Shown piece by piece: positions 20,035 through 29,781 of a stretch of DNA of 64,000 nucleotides (positions are counted from its first letter, which is position 1; each line of letters begins with the position of its first letter). The DNA is taken from NCBI GenBank assembly GCA_048937405.1, contig JBHLNF010000003.1:1-64000 (forward strand), in the 5' to 3' direction. The notes beneath the pieces are model-generated. The model was not told the DNA's origin. It saw only the letters and a list, made by a program, of their open reading frames with translations, and searched no databases. A program made the translations under genes and the position numbers. The DNA is from Promethearchaeota archaeon (GTDB lineage: Archaea > Asgardarchaeota > Lokiarchaeia > Sigyniarchaeales > SOKP01).

Positions 20035-20877
20035 ATGAAGATTAAAAACAGAAGAAAAAGCCTTTTAGAATTTATCAATGAATATATCGAAGCATTATTG
20101 GTTCATGATCACACTCAGTTAAAGCTAACTAAAAATTATAAGGCTACTGAAAATGGGACCCCATTAATTTTAGGTAAAGGGATATGGCAGACAGTTCGAA
20201 CTATATTTTTACGTAAATCATTTGTAGATTCTATAGAAAATCAGGTAGGATTTTGGGGTGTCTTGGAAGAACAAGATAGTAATAAGGCACTGTTTACACT
20301 CCGTCTAAAAATTAGTGACAATTCGATTTCGGAAATAGAAACCTTGCTCTCAAGAAAAGGATGTCATCCCTTATTCAGTCCAGATACAGCACAAAACAAC
20401 CCACTTTGGGATACACTAATCCCGGAATCGGATCGATTGTCTCGAGAGGAACTTATTAATATTGTGGATAGTTATTTTGAAGGGATCGAAAAATCAGATG
20501 GAAAAATTGTCATGTTCCATCCAGATTGTCAACGGAAAGAAAACGGAATTAAAACAACAAACAATCCTGGTTTACTAAATTTTAGCGCACAAGCTGGACT
20601 TTATCGCATGGACTATATCGAGAAGGTCCGGGAACGAAGATATCCTATTGTGGATATCGACAGAGGTCTGGTTTGGGGTATAGTAGTTTTTGATATACCG
20701 GGAACAAGCGTAAAAGATGAACAATTACCTGAAGGTTCAGTACAACATGATTTACGGGCCAAACCACGTAGTTTATTACTTCATGAGCTCTTTAAGATCG
20801 AGGATGGTTTGATCCGGGATATTACTGCTTATATGACCAACGCCCCTCTTAATGCAACTCATGGCTGGAGTACATAA
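20035..20877 (+). CDS. Hypothetical protein with two internally repeated SnoaL/NTF2-like domains
   Basis: Repeated Y..ENG..D...G and (F/L)KI....I..I patterns in both halves. SD-like AAGGTGA upstream. Confidence 0.55.
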   Translation: MKIKNRRKSLLEFINEYIEALLVHDHTQLKLTKNYKATENGTPLILGKGIWQTVRTIFLRKSFVDSIENQVGFWGVLEEQDSNKALFTLRLKISDNSISEIETLLSRKGCHPLFSPDTAQNNPLWDTLIPESDRLSREELINIVDSYFEGIEKSDGKIVMFHPDCQRKENGIKTTNNPGLLNFSAQAGLYRMDYIEKVRERRYPIVDIDRGLVWGIVVFDIPGTSVKDEQLPEGSVQHDLRAKPRSLLLHELFKIEDGLIRDITAYMTNAPLNATHGWST

Positions 20878-21273
20878 AAATTAAGGAGGAAATAGTTAAT
20901 AAACCATCAATTTATGTTCTGTGAAATTATCTTGAATAACTTAATATCAAAAATTAGTTGTCATAATTAATTTTTCTTCCATGTTCTACCTCCATTTTAT
21001 TATTTCTTTAGAAAAGAAATTCAGTTATGCTATTATAATCAATAGACAGACTTTTATCAATTTTGTCTTTAAGGTTTTATATGCCTTTATATTGCTAACT
21101 TTTAAATATTCTTATAACCTTTGAAATGCTTAATCCTATTATTTAAGTCATGTAGCATGCTCAATTTATTTAAAAATGGATTTTTGACTTGGCTTTTTAC
21201 AATTTATTATGACAAATTTTTTAAAAAACAATACTTTACCCTTTATAACTATAACAAGAGTATTTATTATATT

Positions 21274-21981
21274 ATGTCATTTCCAAAAATTACACGAACA
21301 ATATCAAAAGAAATCGAACATGTTAAAGTTCAATTCTTAACAGAAAGTTTAGAGCTTCTTTTGGATCGAACAAAATGCGTTGGTTGTGGTACATGTGCCA
21401 GAGTTTGTCCAAAAGAAGCAATCTCACGTGGTCCAGTAGCTGCAGCTCGACGTTTCCCAAATATGGAAGATATTATTCCTGAAATATATGATCCAAAAAA
21501 GTGTGTTTTTTGCGGCACTTGTGTTGTAATGTGTCCCTTTAGTGCTTTAACACTTAAAAAAGATGGGGAAATAATTGAACTAAATGATATCCAGATTGTT
21601 AAAGAAAAAGTGGTTCCAAAATTAGAATTTGAAGCTAATAAGGTAAAAGATAAAGCTGGAATTGAACGAGTTGTCAAACAATACGCGAAAGGGGAAATAA
21701 GTATTGTTGATGAGGAATGTGCAGGAGGATGTGAAGCTTGTGCAGATGTATGTCCAAGTGGAGCCATAACTGTTCCAGAAAAATCAGACAAAGGGTGGGA
21801 GACTGTTCCAAACGTGGTTGTAGACGCTGAAAAATGTATATTTTGTGGAAGTTGTGATAATGCGTGCCCTACTGGAGCAGTTAAGTTAAAATTAACTGAT
21901 ATTAAAACTTCGGGAGAATTTAGTGAAATGTTTTGGGAACCTCTTTTAGAAAGATTGAAAACATTAAGGTGGAGTGAATAA
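21274..21981 (+). CDS. fwdF: Polyferredoxin, formylmethanofuran dehydrogenase subunit F-like
   Basis: Four CxxCxxCxxxCP-type motifs; first gene before fwdD-B-C. Start moved from TTG 21121 to ATG 21274 (MSFPKITR). Confidence 0.75.
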   Translation: MSFPKITRTISKEIEHVKVQFLTESLELLLDRTKCVGCGTCARVCPKEAISRGPVAAARRFPNMEDIIPEIYDPKKCVFCGTCVVMCPFSALTLKKDGEIIELNDIQIVKEKVVPKLEFEANKVKDKAGIERVVKQYAKGEISIVDEECAGGCEACADVCPSGAITVPEKSDKGWETVPNVVVDAEKCIFCGSCDNACPTGAVKLKLTDIKTSGEFSEMFWEPLLERLKTLRWSE

Positions 21982-21997
21982 ATGGAGGGAAAATCAA

Positions 21998-22393
21998 ATG
22001 AGAATTAATAACTTAATATTAATAACTTGTCGTACAATCAATCAAGGTATAGCCCTTGAAGGTGGTAAAAATACTACAGAAAATGTCAGAGCCGCAGGAA
22101 TCTGTGCTTTCGATAAAGAAGACTTCAGAAAACTAGATTGTCCTGTAGGAACGCCTGTTAAAGTGATTACTGAACATGGAGAAGTTATTGTTTACTCAAC
22201 AATTTCAGAAGAAGGACCTCATCCAGGAATTATTTTTATTCCAATGGGTCCTTGGGCAAATCAAGTAGTAAATCCTGATTCTCAATCATGTGGTACTCCT
22301 ACTTATAAAGGAATGAAAGCAAGTGTGGAAGCTTTACCAAGTGGAAAGGTTTTCGATGCTGTTAATTTAATTAAAATGTTAAAGGAGGTTTAG
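21998..22393 (+). CDS. fwdD: Formylmethanofuran dehydrogenase subunit D
   Basis: LITCRTINQG, GIIFIPMGPWAN, GTPTYKG. ATG at 21998 follows a GGAGG SD. Confidence 0.9.
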   Translation: MRINNLILITCRTINQGIALEGGKNTTENVRAAGICAFDKEDFRKLDCPVGTPVKVITEHGEVIVYSTISEEGPHPGIIFIPMGPWANQVVNPDSQSCGTPTYKGMKASVEALPSGKVFDAVNLIKMLKEV

Positions 22394-22395
22394 AA

Positions 22396-23724
22396 ATGGT
22401 AGATAAAAATATTAGAACAGTAACTGATGTTATTTGCCCATTCTGTGGAACTCTTTGTGATGATCTTGAAATAGATATTGATACTAAGGAAGAAAAGGTA
22501 GTAGAAGTTCGAAATGGATGCCAAATTGGTACTAAAAAATATTTTTCTTCAAATCCTAGTGAACATCGATATGATAGACCACTAATCAAAGATAATGGTT
22601 CCTATAAAGCAGTATCTTGGGATGAAGCTGTTGATAAAGCAGCGGATATTTTGGTAAAAGCAAAACGACCTTTACTATATGGTTTTTCAAGTACTGAATG
22701 TGATGCTCAAGGAAAGGGAGTGGAATTAGCTGAAATGCTGGGGGGTGTATTAGATAATACAGCATCAGTATGTCATGGTCCCTCATTACTTGCTATTCAA
22801 GATGTTGGTGCTCCAACTTCAACTCTTGGTGAATATAAAAATAGAGCTGATCTTGTAATTTTTTGGGGAAGTAATCCTGTTCATGCTCACCCTAGACATC
22901 TTGGAAGATATAGTGATTTTATACGAGGATATTTTAGAAAAGATGGAACTAATGACAGATTTTTAGTAGTTGTTGATCCAAGAAATACACATACAGCTCA
23001 ACTTGCTGATATGCATATTCAAATAAATCCTAATGAAGATTATGAATTAATAAATGCTATTAGAGCTTTATTAAGAGGTGTTGAATTAGACGGGGAAGAA
23101 ATTTCAGGAGTTCCAAAAAAGAAAATCATAGAATTAGTTAATATTCTTAAGTCATGTAACTATGGTGTAATCTTTTTTGGAATGGGTTTAACTCAGACCT
23201 TATCCCATCATAGAAATATAGATGCCGCTATTTGTTTAGTAAGAGAATTAAATGATCATACCAAATTTTTATTAACTCCTATGCGGGGACATTATAATGT
23301 TGCAGGGGCAAATCAAGTTTTTTCGTGGCAAACAGGTTATTCTTATTCAATAGACTTTTCAAAAGGTTATCCACGGTATAATCCAGGAGAATTTTCTTCT
23401 GTTGATTTACTATTAAGAGATGAAATAGATACATCTTTAATTGTGGCATCTGATCCTGCTAGTAATTTTCCAGCTGCAGCTGTAAAAAATATGTTTAAAT
23501 ATCCTTTAATTTCCATCGAACCTCATCATACACCAACATCAGTAAATGCGGATATTATATTATCTCCTGCTATCGCGGGGATAGAATGTGAAGGAACTGC
23601 TTACCGTATGGATAGTGTTCCTTTACGATTACGAAAAGTTAAAGACGCACCTGGTGATTGTTTAACAGATAAGGAGATACTAGAACGATTAGTAGAAGCA
23701 GTAAAAAAGAAAAAGGGGGAATAA
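22396..23724 (+). CDS. fwdB: Formylmethanofuran dehydrogenase subunit B (Cys-type)
   Basis: CPFCGTLCDD, DNTASVCHGPS, KNRADLVIFWGSNPVHAHPRH, PMRGHYNV, GTAYRMD. Confidence 0.95.
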   Translation: MVDKNIRTVTDVICPFCGTLCDDLEIDIDTKEEKVVEVRNGCQIGTKKYFSSNPSEHRYDRPLIKDNGSYKAVSWDEAVDKAADILVKAKRPLLYGFSSTECDAQGKGVELAEMLGGVLDNTASVCHGPSLLAIQDVGAPTSTLGEYKNRADLVIFWGSNPVHAHPRHLGRYSDFIRGYFRKDGTNDRFLVVVDPRNTHTAQLADMHIQINPNEDYELINAIRALLRGVELDGEEISGVPKKKIIELVNILKSCNYGVIFFGMGLTQTLSHHRNIDAAICLVRELNDHTKFLLTPMRGHYNVAGANQVFSWQTGYSYSIDFSKGYPRYNPGEFSSVDLLLRDEIDTSLIVASDPASNFPAAAVKNMFKYPLISIEPHHTPTSVNADIILSPAIAGIECEGTAYRMDSVPLRLRKVKDAPGDCLTDKEILERLVEAVKKKKGE

Positions 23725-23728
23725 AAAA

Positions 23729-24580
23729 ATGGCAGAAATTAAATTAAAATTAAAAATTGAACCTGAATTTCCTTTAGAAGCTGAAGTTATATCACCAGAT
23801 AAATTTACCGGAAAATCAGCAGCAGAAATTAAGAAATTAGTCGTATATCATGGAAATGAAGAAAAAGTATTAGGAGATTTTTTTGATGTTTCTGGAGATG
23901 GAGGAGAAATCAATGAAAATAAAATACTTATTGAAGGAAATCTTTCAAATATCAAAAGAATCGGAGAAAAAATGACTGGTGGTGAAATAGTCATAAATGG
24001 AGATGTTGGAATGCATGTAGGGAATAATATGTCTGGTGGTAAAATATTAGTTAACGGAAATGCTGATGATTGGGCGGGTGCCATGTTAAAGGGCGGAGAA
24101 TTAGAGATAACTGGGAATGCTGGTAATTATGTTGGAGCTGCTTATAGAGGATTTTGGAAAGGGATGCAAAATGGAATAATAAAGGTGAAGGGAAAAATTG
24201 GAAATGAAGCTCTATCATGGGTGAGAGGATCAAAACCAGGCAATAGATTTCCAACTCTTATATGTGGAGGTGCTGGTTCATTCTTAGGTATTCATAGCCA
24301 TGGAGGTACAATTATAGTTGAAGGTGATTGTGATAGATGCATTGGAGCAGATCAAGTAAGAGGTACAATTGTTGTTAAAGGTAAGATAAACAGAATCCTT
24401 CCTTCTTTTAAAAAAATCGGAGAAGTTAAAGAAATTGAATTAATGAATGGAGAAAAAATAAAGGGTAAGTTTACTGAATATAGTGGGGATCATTCTGTTG
24501 AAAAAAATCATTCTAAAATTGATAGGAAAACTGGTAATATTTCTAATAGCTCTAACGGTAGACTATATGTCGCTGTTTAA
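23729..24580 (+). CDS. fwdC: Formylmethanofuran dehydrogenase subunit C
   Basis: PLEAEVISPD, Gly-rich GXGXG beta-helix repeats, GAAYRG..GM. Confidence 0.93.
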   Translation: MAEIKLKLKIEPEFPLEAEVISPDKFTGKSAAEIKKLVVYHGNEEKVLGDFFDVSGDGGEINENKILIEGNLSNIKRIGEKMTGGEIVINGDVGMHVGNNMSGGKILVNGNADDWAGAMLKGGELEITGNAGNYVGAAYRGFWKGMQNGIIKVKGKIGNEALSWVRGSKPGNRFPTLICGGAGSFLGIHSHGGTIIVEGDCDRCIGADQVRGTIVVKGKINRILPSFKKIGEVKEIELMNGEKIKGKFTEYSGDHSVEKNHSKIDRKTGNISNSSNGRLYVAV

Positions 24581-24730
24581 TTCTTTTTTTCTCTCAAATA
24601 AATAATTATTTTGAATTTTCTATTTATAATACTTTTACAACTTTATTTTCTTACTTCAATTTAATTACAGAAAATATTAAATATTATTTATGGTAATAAA
24701 ATTCAAGTCAACTAGTTTATATTTTTAATC

Positions 24731-25546
24731 TTGTATAAAAGAAAAGTAAAAATTTTCAGATTAAAGAAAGATAGGAAAGAAGAAATTGACGATATTATTC
24801 TATATGAAACACCTATCGATATTTATGTCAATTCTGAAAAAATTGTAAATATCATCTGCTTAGCTAAAAATTTAAAAGAACTTTCAGTGGGTTTTTTATT
24901 TTCAGTAGGTATTATCAATTCTATCAACGATATTAAAAATACTGAGGTTAATGAATTAGAAAACTATGTGAAGGTAAATCTGAATGATAATATTACATTT
25001 AACATAAATGAACTTGAAATTAATTCTATAAGTCGGGTTGTAGATACTACCTGTGGTATTTCAACTCCATGGCGTGACACTATTAAAAGAAGTTTGGAAA
25101 AAGCTAGAGTTGAGGAAGATATAAAATCAAAATCTAATATTAGAGTAAATGCTAGTACTATTTTTTCAGCAATAAAAGAAATGCAAAAATCAACACCTTT
25201 ATATAGAGAAACAGGAGGATGCCATGGCGCTGCTATATTCGATTTAAACGGAAACCTACTAAGCGTGAAAGAAGATATAGGAAGACATAACGCAATTGAT
25301 AAAGTTGTTGGAGATCTACTTATAAAAGAACATGATTTTGAAAACATATTTCTCACTTCAACAGGGAGATTAACTGGAGATTCAGTTCTAAAGGCTATTC
25401 GTGCAAAAATTCCTATTGTATCTTCTTTATCGGCTGCAATTGAATCTGGCATTAGATTAGCTTTTGCCTATGGAATCACATTAATAGGTTTCGCACGGGG
25501 TTCCAGAATGAATATTTATACTCATTCTTATAGAATTGATTTTTAA
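24731..25546 (+). CDS. fdhD: Formate dehydrogenase accessory sulfurtransferase FdhD
   Basis: TTCG, TGGCHGAA, EDIGRHNAIDKVVG, TGRL, TLIGFAR. Confidence 0.93.
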   Translation: MYKRKVKIFRLKKDRKEEIDDIILYETPIDIYVNSEKIVNIICLAKNLKELSVGFLFSVGIINSINDIKNTEVNELENYVKVNLNDNITFNINELEINSISRVVDTTCGISTPWRDTIKRSLEKARVEEDIKSKSNIRVNASTIFSAIKEMQKSTPLYRETGGCHGAAIFDLNGNLLSVKEDIGRHNAIDKVVGDLLIKEHDFENIFLTSTGRLTGDSVLKAIRAKIPIVSSLSAAIESGIRLAFAYGITLIGFARGSRMNIYTHSYRIDF

Positions 25547-25679
25547 GCTTTTAATTTTTTAATTATAGGAAAAAATAATTCAATTTCTCTAAATTACCAA
25601 TATTTTTTTTAAAAAGATATCATTTAATTTCAATTATCATTTTAAAAGAATTTCTCATGAAAGGAAAAAATACAGAAAG

Positions 25680-27125
25680 ATGTTATTAAGTGTTATTATC
25701 ATACTTTCATGTTTTGTAGGAGTAATTTTTTTTATTATAACTGAAAAGTTGAATAGAGCAATAGTCTCATTATTAGGGGCAATAATAACCTATTTTGTTC
25801 TAATATTTCTTGAAGGGTTAGATTTTTCGGTAATAGTCGATTTATTATTTAGTTCTGAAGAGGATGGCTTTGTAAATTTACATTCTTTAATTTTAATTAT
25901 AGGGATGATGATGATTGTGCAAATCTCACATGAGGTGGGAACATTTCAATTTATTGCAGGGAAATTAATTAAACTCTCAAGAGGAAAACCTATACGTCTA
26001 ATGATTATATTTTGTTGTGTAACTGTGCTTATATCAGCCATTTTGAATAATATTTTAACGGTTATTATTATAATACCTCTTACTATTACAGTTTCAAGAA
26101 TTCTAAATATAAATCCCTCACCCTATATTCTTACTCAGGCTATATTAGTAAATATTGGAGGCACAGTCTTTTCAATTTCATCAATTCCTAACATTTTAAT
26201 TACAACATACGCTGGAATAGAATTTGTAGAGTTTTTTATTAATATTGGATTAATCTCTTTTGTTGTTTTTATATTTACCCTATTATTTTTTATTTTAATC
26301 TATAAACAAGAATTAAAAATACCAGAAGAAGGCAAAAAAGCATTAGAAGAATTTGATGTCTGGAATGTTGTTCAAAATAAAAGATTATTATATCAATCTT
26401 TATTTTCTCTAATTGTTTTATTAACATTACTCACAATTATTCCTTCTTCAATTCTTCCCCCAGATATTATAGCTTTAACAATTGCTTTAATTTTAATCAT
26501 AATAACAAGATTAGAACCAAAGGAAATTATAAGCAAAATAGATTTTGAATTAATTTTCTATTTATTAGGGATTTTTATAATTGTTGGAGGACTAGAGATA
26601 ACAGGTGCAACGGAATTTCTTGGGATTTTTATATTAAATATAGGAGGAAACAATCTTTTTTTTCAACTTCTTTTGATTCTTTGGTTTTCAGCTTATCTAA
26701 GTAGCTGTATTGATAATATTCCCATTACTAAGGTACTGATCCCTGTTGTAGATACTATGACAGAATCAGCTTCATTATTTAATCGAAAACAAATTTTTTA
26801 TAATCTAGCATTAGGAGCAAATTGGGGGGATAATTTAACCCCTTTAGGTGATAATATTCTTGTGATGAATATTGCAGAGCAGAATAAACGCCCTATAACT
26901 TTCAAATCCTTTTTCAAATTAGGATTTATTACTACAAATTACCAATTAACAATTATTTCCCTCTATTATTGTCTGATATTTTATTTACCAATAGGTATTA
27001 TTATTTTAGGGATTGTGGGTTTAATCCTAATAATGATTTACTTTTTGAATAAATTTGGTTCAAAGAAGATTAGATCTTATATTTTAAATTTTGGTAATAA
27101 ACTAAGAGAAATTATTATAAAGTGA
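25680..27125 (+). CDS. ArsB/NhaD (SLC13/P-protein-like) ion permease
   Basis: Many TM helices; SAILNN, NIGG..PN, IDNIP, GANWGDNLTPLGDN. Confidence 0.85.
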   Translation: MLLSVIIILSCFVGVIFFIITEKLNRAIVSLLGAIITYFVLIFLEGLDFSVIVDLLFSSEEDGFVNLHSLILIIGMMMIVQISHEVGTFQFIAGKLIKLSRGKPIRLMIIFCCVTVLISAILNNILTVIIIIPLTITVSRILNINPSPYILTQAILVNIGGTVFSISSIPNILITTYAGIEFVEFFINIGLISFVVFIFTLLFFILIYKQELKIPEEGKKALEEFDVWNVVQNKRLLYQSLFSLIVLLTLLTIIPSSILPPDIIALTIALILIIITRLEPKEIISKIDFELIFYLLGIFIIVGGLEITGATEFLGIFILNIGGNNLFFQLLLILWFSAYLSSCIDNIPITKVLIPVVDTMTESASLFNRKQIFYNLALGANWGDNLTPLGDNILVMNIAEQNKRPITFKSFFKLGFITTNYQLTIISLYYCLIFYLPIGIIILGIVGLILIMIYFLNKFGSKKIRSYILNFGNKLREIIIK

Positions 27126-27132
27126 TGTTGAA

Positions 27133-27765
27133 ATGGTATTTAAAAATATTCTAAGAATAAAAGCGGCTTTACCTGAAGTTAAGCATGTTGCTATGTTCTA
27201 TAATAATGGCACAATTTTTCAAACTACGTTTGAACAAGAGATTAATATCCCAAAATTAGGGGAAAATTTAGCTGAAATTCTAAATCACATAAGAAAACTA
27301 TATAATCTTACTAATTATAATTTTGAAGATTACAAAAAAATTATATTTGAAACGGATGATATGTCTATAATTATTTTAAAACTTGGCGAAGATAGCAATA
27401 TCGCTCTTTTTTTCAAGAAGGAAGAAGAAAAAGAGTTAAAAATAACAGCCATCAGAAGATATATAACTAGAATTGAGGAATTAATCGATATGGATGAAGG
27501 AGAAATTATAATACAAGATATAATAGCTAAAGAGGAAGAAGTCAAAAAGCTTAAAGAAGGATTTCAGATAAAAAAAGAAAAAATTGAAAACCTAAAAGTA
27601 GAATTAAATGTTAAAAATGATGAATTGACTGAAGAGGATAAGGAGAGTATTAAAAAAGAAATTTATAATCTAGAACTTGAAAGCACTAATTTAAACCATG
27701 AGATTGAAAAAGTTGAGAATGAAGTTGAACAATTAAAAGAAAAGATAGAAAAACGTCATAAATAA
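27133..27765 (+). CDS. Roadblock/longin (profilin-like fold) N-terminal domain + coiled coil
   Basis: helix-EVKHVAMFYNNGTIFQT-helix-IIFETDDMSIIILKL-IALFF-helix topology, followed by a heptad-rich E/K tail. Confidence 0.5.
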   Translation: MVFKNILRIKAALPEVKHVAMFYNNGTIFQTTFEQEINIPKLGENLAEILNHIRKLYNLTNYNFEDYKKIIFETDDMSIIILKLGEDSNIALFFKKEEEKELKITAIRRYITRIEELIDMDEGEIIIQDIIAKEEEVKKLKEGFQIKKEKIENLKVELNVKNDELTEEDKESIKKEIYNLELESTNLNHEIEKVENEVEQLKEKIEKRHK

Positions 27766-27786
27766 GCTTAATACGGGTAAATAAAA

Positions 27787-27987
27787 TTATCTAAATATTT
27801 CTTGGATTAATCCTATATTTAATGGCAATAACAAAGCAATAATAAAGCCTAATAATATACTTAGAATCAAGAATCCATCTGATTTTTCTTTTAAATTCAA
27901 TAAAATTGTATATAAGAGTACAATTATCAATAAAAGAAGTTGCCCAAAAAAGATTATAATTAAAATTATTTGTGGGGTTAATATCAT
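27787..27987 (-). CDS. Small two-TM membrane protein
   Basis: 66 aa, two hydrophobic helices, AAGGA upstream, same strand as the upstream operon. Confidence 0.5.
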   Translation of the reverse strand: MILTPQIILIIIFFGQLLLLIIVLLYTILLNLKEKSDGFLILSILLGFIIALLLPLNIGLIQEIFR

Positions 27988-28073
27988 GTTTATTATCCTT
28001 GATATTTATCTATTCATTGAAAAATTAAAAAAAAATTTTATTTGCTATTTATAACGAGTTTTTAAAGTCTACT

Positions 28074-28727
28074 TCAAACAGGTCTGATTTTTTCTCGCGT
28101 AGCTAATTTTTCTGAGAGTTCCTTTTTTAAATCAGCTAATTTATTCTGTTTATCTATGATTTCCTTATTAATTTCCATTGCTTCAGTTTCAAATTTAGTT
28201 AAACCTTTTTGAATTTTTAGATAGGCTTCCTCTGCTTTGGAAATTTTTTCATCATGAGCGTTAGTATTTATTAATTTTACATAAGCGAGTTGTTTTTTCC
28301 CTAAGTCTTCACGTTCTTTAGCTTCATCAAGTTTCTTATTAGCTAGTTTTACATGAACTTCAGCAATTTCTGTTTCAATATTCGCAATCTTTCGATTAAT
28401 TTCAGCTATTTTAATTTGAATCTCAGCAACTTTTTCATTGTAATCAGCTTGAGTTTTCTCTGCTTTTAATGTATCTGTTCCAATTTTTAAAATATTTTTT
28501 ACTTTTTCTTTTTTTTCGACAAGTTTTCTTGTTTTCTCAGCTAGATTCTCTCGTATTTTTGCTAAATCAATTTCATTTTTTACAAGCATTTCTCTAGCCT
28601 TGGCTCGTTTTACATTTAGTTTGGCCATGAGTCTCATATCATTAGCTGTTTCTTGTTCACTTTTTGCGATTTTTATATTTTCATTCGCTATGTTTTCAAT
28701 ATTTTTAACATCTTCCATTATTTCCAT
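28074..28727 (-). CDS. All-helical coiled-coil protein (paralog A)
   Basis: Continuous heptads rich in A/E/K. C-terminus NKLADLKKELSEKLATREKIRP is shared with 30950..31618. Confidence 0.75.
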   Translation of the reverse strand: MEIMEDVKNIENIANENIKIAKSEQETANDMRLMAKLNVKRAKAREMLVKNEIDLAKIRENLAEKTRKLVEKKEKVKNILKIGTDTLKAEKTQADYNEKVAEIQIKIAEINRKIANIETEIAEVHVKLANKKLDEAKEREDLGKKQLAYVKLINTNAHDEKISKAEEAYLKIQKGLTKFETEAMEINKEIIDKQNKLADLKKELSEKLATREKIRPV

Positions 28728-28762
28728 ATTTCTACACCTTTTAATTTTTTTTTTTAATTTAA

Positions 28763-29320
28763 TTAATTTATTTTTATTTCCTTTTTTTCCTTTCTTTCAA
28801 TTTCTTTCTTAGGTATTCTTATTTTCAGAACACCTTTATCTAGGTTTGCTTCAATTCCATCTTCATCTGAATTTTCAGGCAAACTAAAACTTCTGTAATA
28901 TCGAGAGCTTCGAAACTCTCTTCTTATTAATACACCTTCTTTCTCCTCCTTTTTTTCTTCTTTAGTTTCTCCTTTAATCTCTAATGTACCTTCTTGAATT
29001 ATAATTTCGATATCCTTTTTTTGAAGTCCAGGTATCTCTACTTCAATATTAAAACTACTTTCATCTTCAGTAATATTTGTTAACGGTGTTCTGAATAATG
29101 GTTCAATTTCAGTTGCTCCTAAACTTAATGGGCGTGTTCTTTTGAGAGAAAAAGGCCAATACCAATCATCAAAATAGCCTCTCGTCAAATCATTAAAATA
29201 TCGATCCATTCTTTGAAATAATGAGAATGGGCTTTCTCTCCTTATTGCTAATTCTTTTGACTTTTGTTCCTTTTTCTCATCCTTTCCTTTTTTACTTTTT
29301 TTTATTTCAACTACTTCCAT
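28763..29320 (-). CDS. Small heat shock protein (Hsp20/alpha-crystallin)
   Basis: EVEIPGLQKKDI, YYRSFSLP, ANLDKGVLKIRIPK, terminal IKI (IXI) motif. Confidence 0.95.
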   Translation of the reverse strand: MEVVEIKKSKKGKDEKKEQKSKELAIRRESPFSLFQRMDRYFNDLTRGYFDDWYWPFSLKRTRPLSLGATEIEPLFRTPLTNITEDESSFNIEVEIPGLQKKDIEIIIQEGTLEIKGETKEEKKEEKEGVLIRREFRSSRYYRSFSLPENSDEDGIEANLDKGVLKIRIPKKEIERKEKKEIKIN

Positions 29321-29408
29321 TTATAACACCTCTTTATTTTATTTAGCTTTTCAAAATTTTATAATAGGGATTTTTAAAAGTAATATTTTTTAGTTTTACT
29401 ATTACAGA

Positions 29409-29603
29409 TTAACTATAAATTTCGTCAAAATTCTCTGCATTTTCTTCTTCTTCATCATCATCCCAATCATCATCTTCATCTTCATCTTCATCTTCATCAT
29501 CGTCATTATCATCCCAATCATCATCTTCATCTTCTTCATCATCATAATACCCATCATTCTCATAATCATACAATTTCTTCTTTTGTTTGGTTTTTCCTCT
29601 CAT
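29409..29603 (-). CDS. Small, very acidic low-complexity protein
   Basis: Basic N-terminus followed by a D/E tract with two DDDWDD repeats. AGGAGG SD upstream. Confidence 0.65.
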   Translation of the reverse strand: MRGKTKQKKKLYDYENDGYYDDEEDEDDDWDDNDDDEDEDEDEDDDWDDDEEEENAENFDEIYS

Positions 29604-29781
29604 AATAACTTATTTTCCTCCTATTTTTTTATAAATTAATTATATGACTCATTATGATTACATAATATTTAAATGTTTTCAAATGAAAACATATGCAATT
29701 GTCGATAGCTTTATATACTTTGATATCGTTTATTTATTTAGGAATTGATGACCAAAATAAAAGACCTTATTATTTTTTATA

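Noticed and set aside
21121-21273. N-terminal 51-aa extension of the polyferredoxin
   Set aside because: AT-rich, promoter-like sequence with a TTG start and no protein-like features; ATG 21274 is more plausible.
22396-23724. Selenocysteine form of FwdB
   Set aside because: The metal-ligand position in ASVCHGP is a TGT Cys codon and the frame has no TGA.
29440-29545. CRISPR array or non-coding tandem repeat
   Set aside because: The (TCATCT)n pattern is explained by Asp/Glu codons of the acidic protein; there is no repeat-spacer structure.
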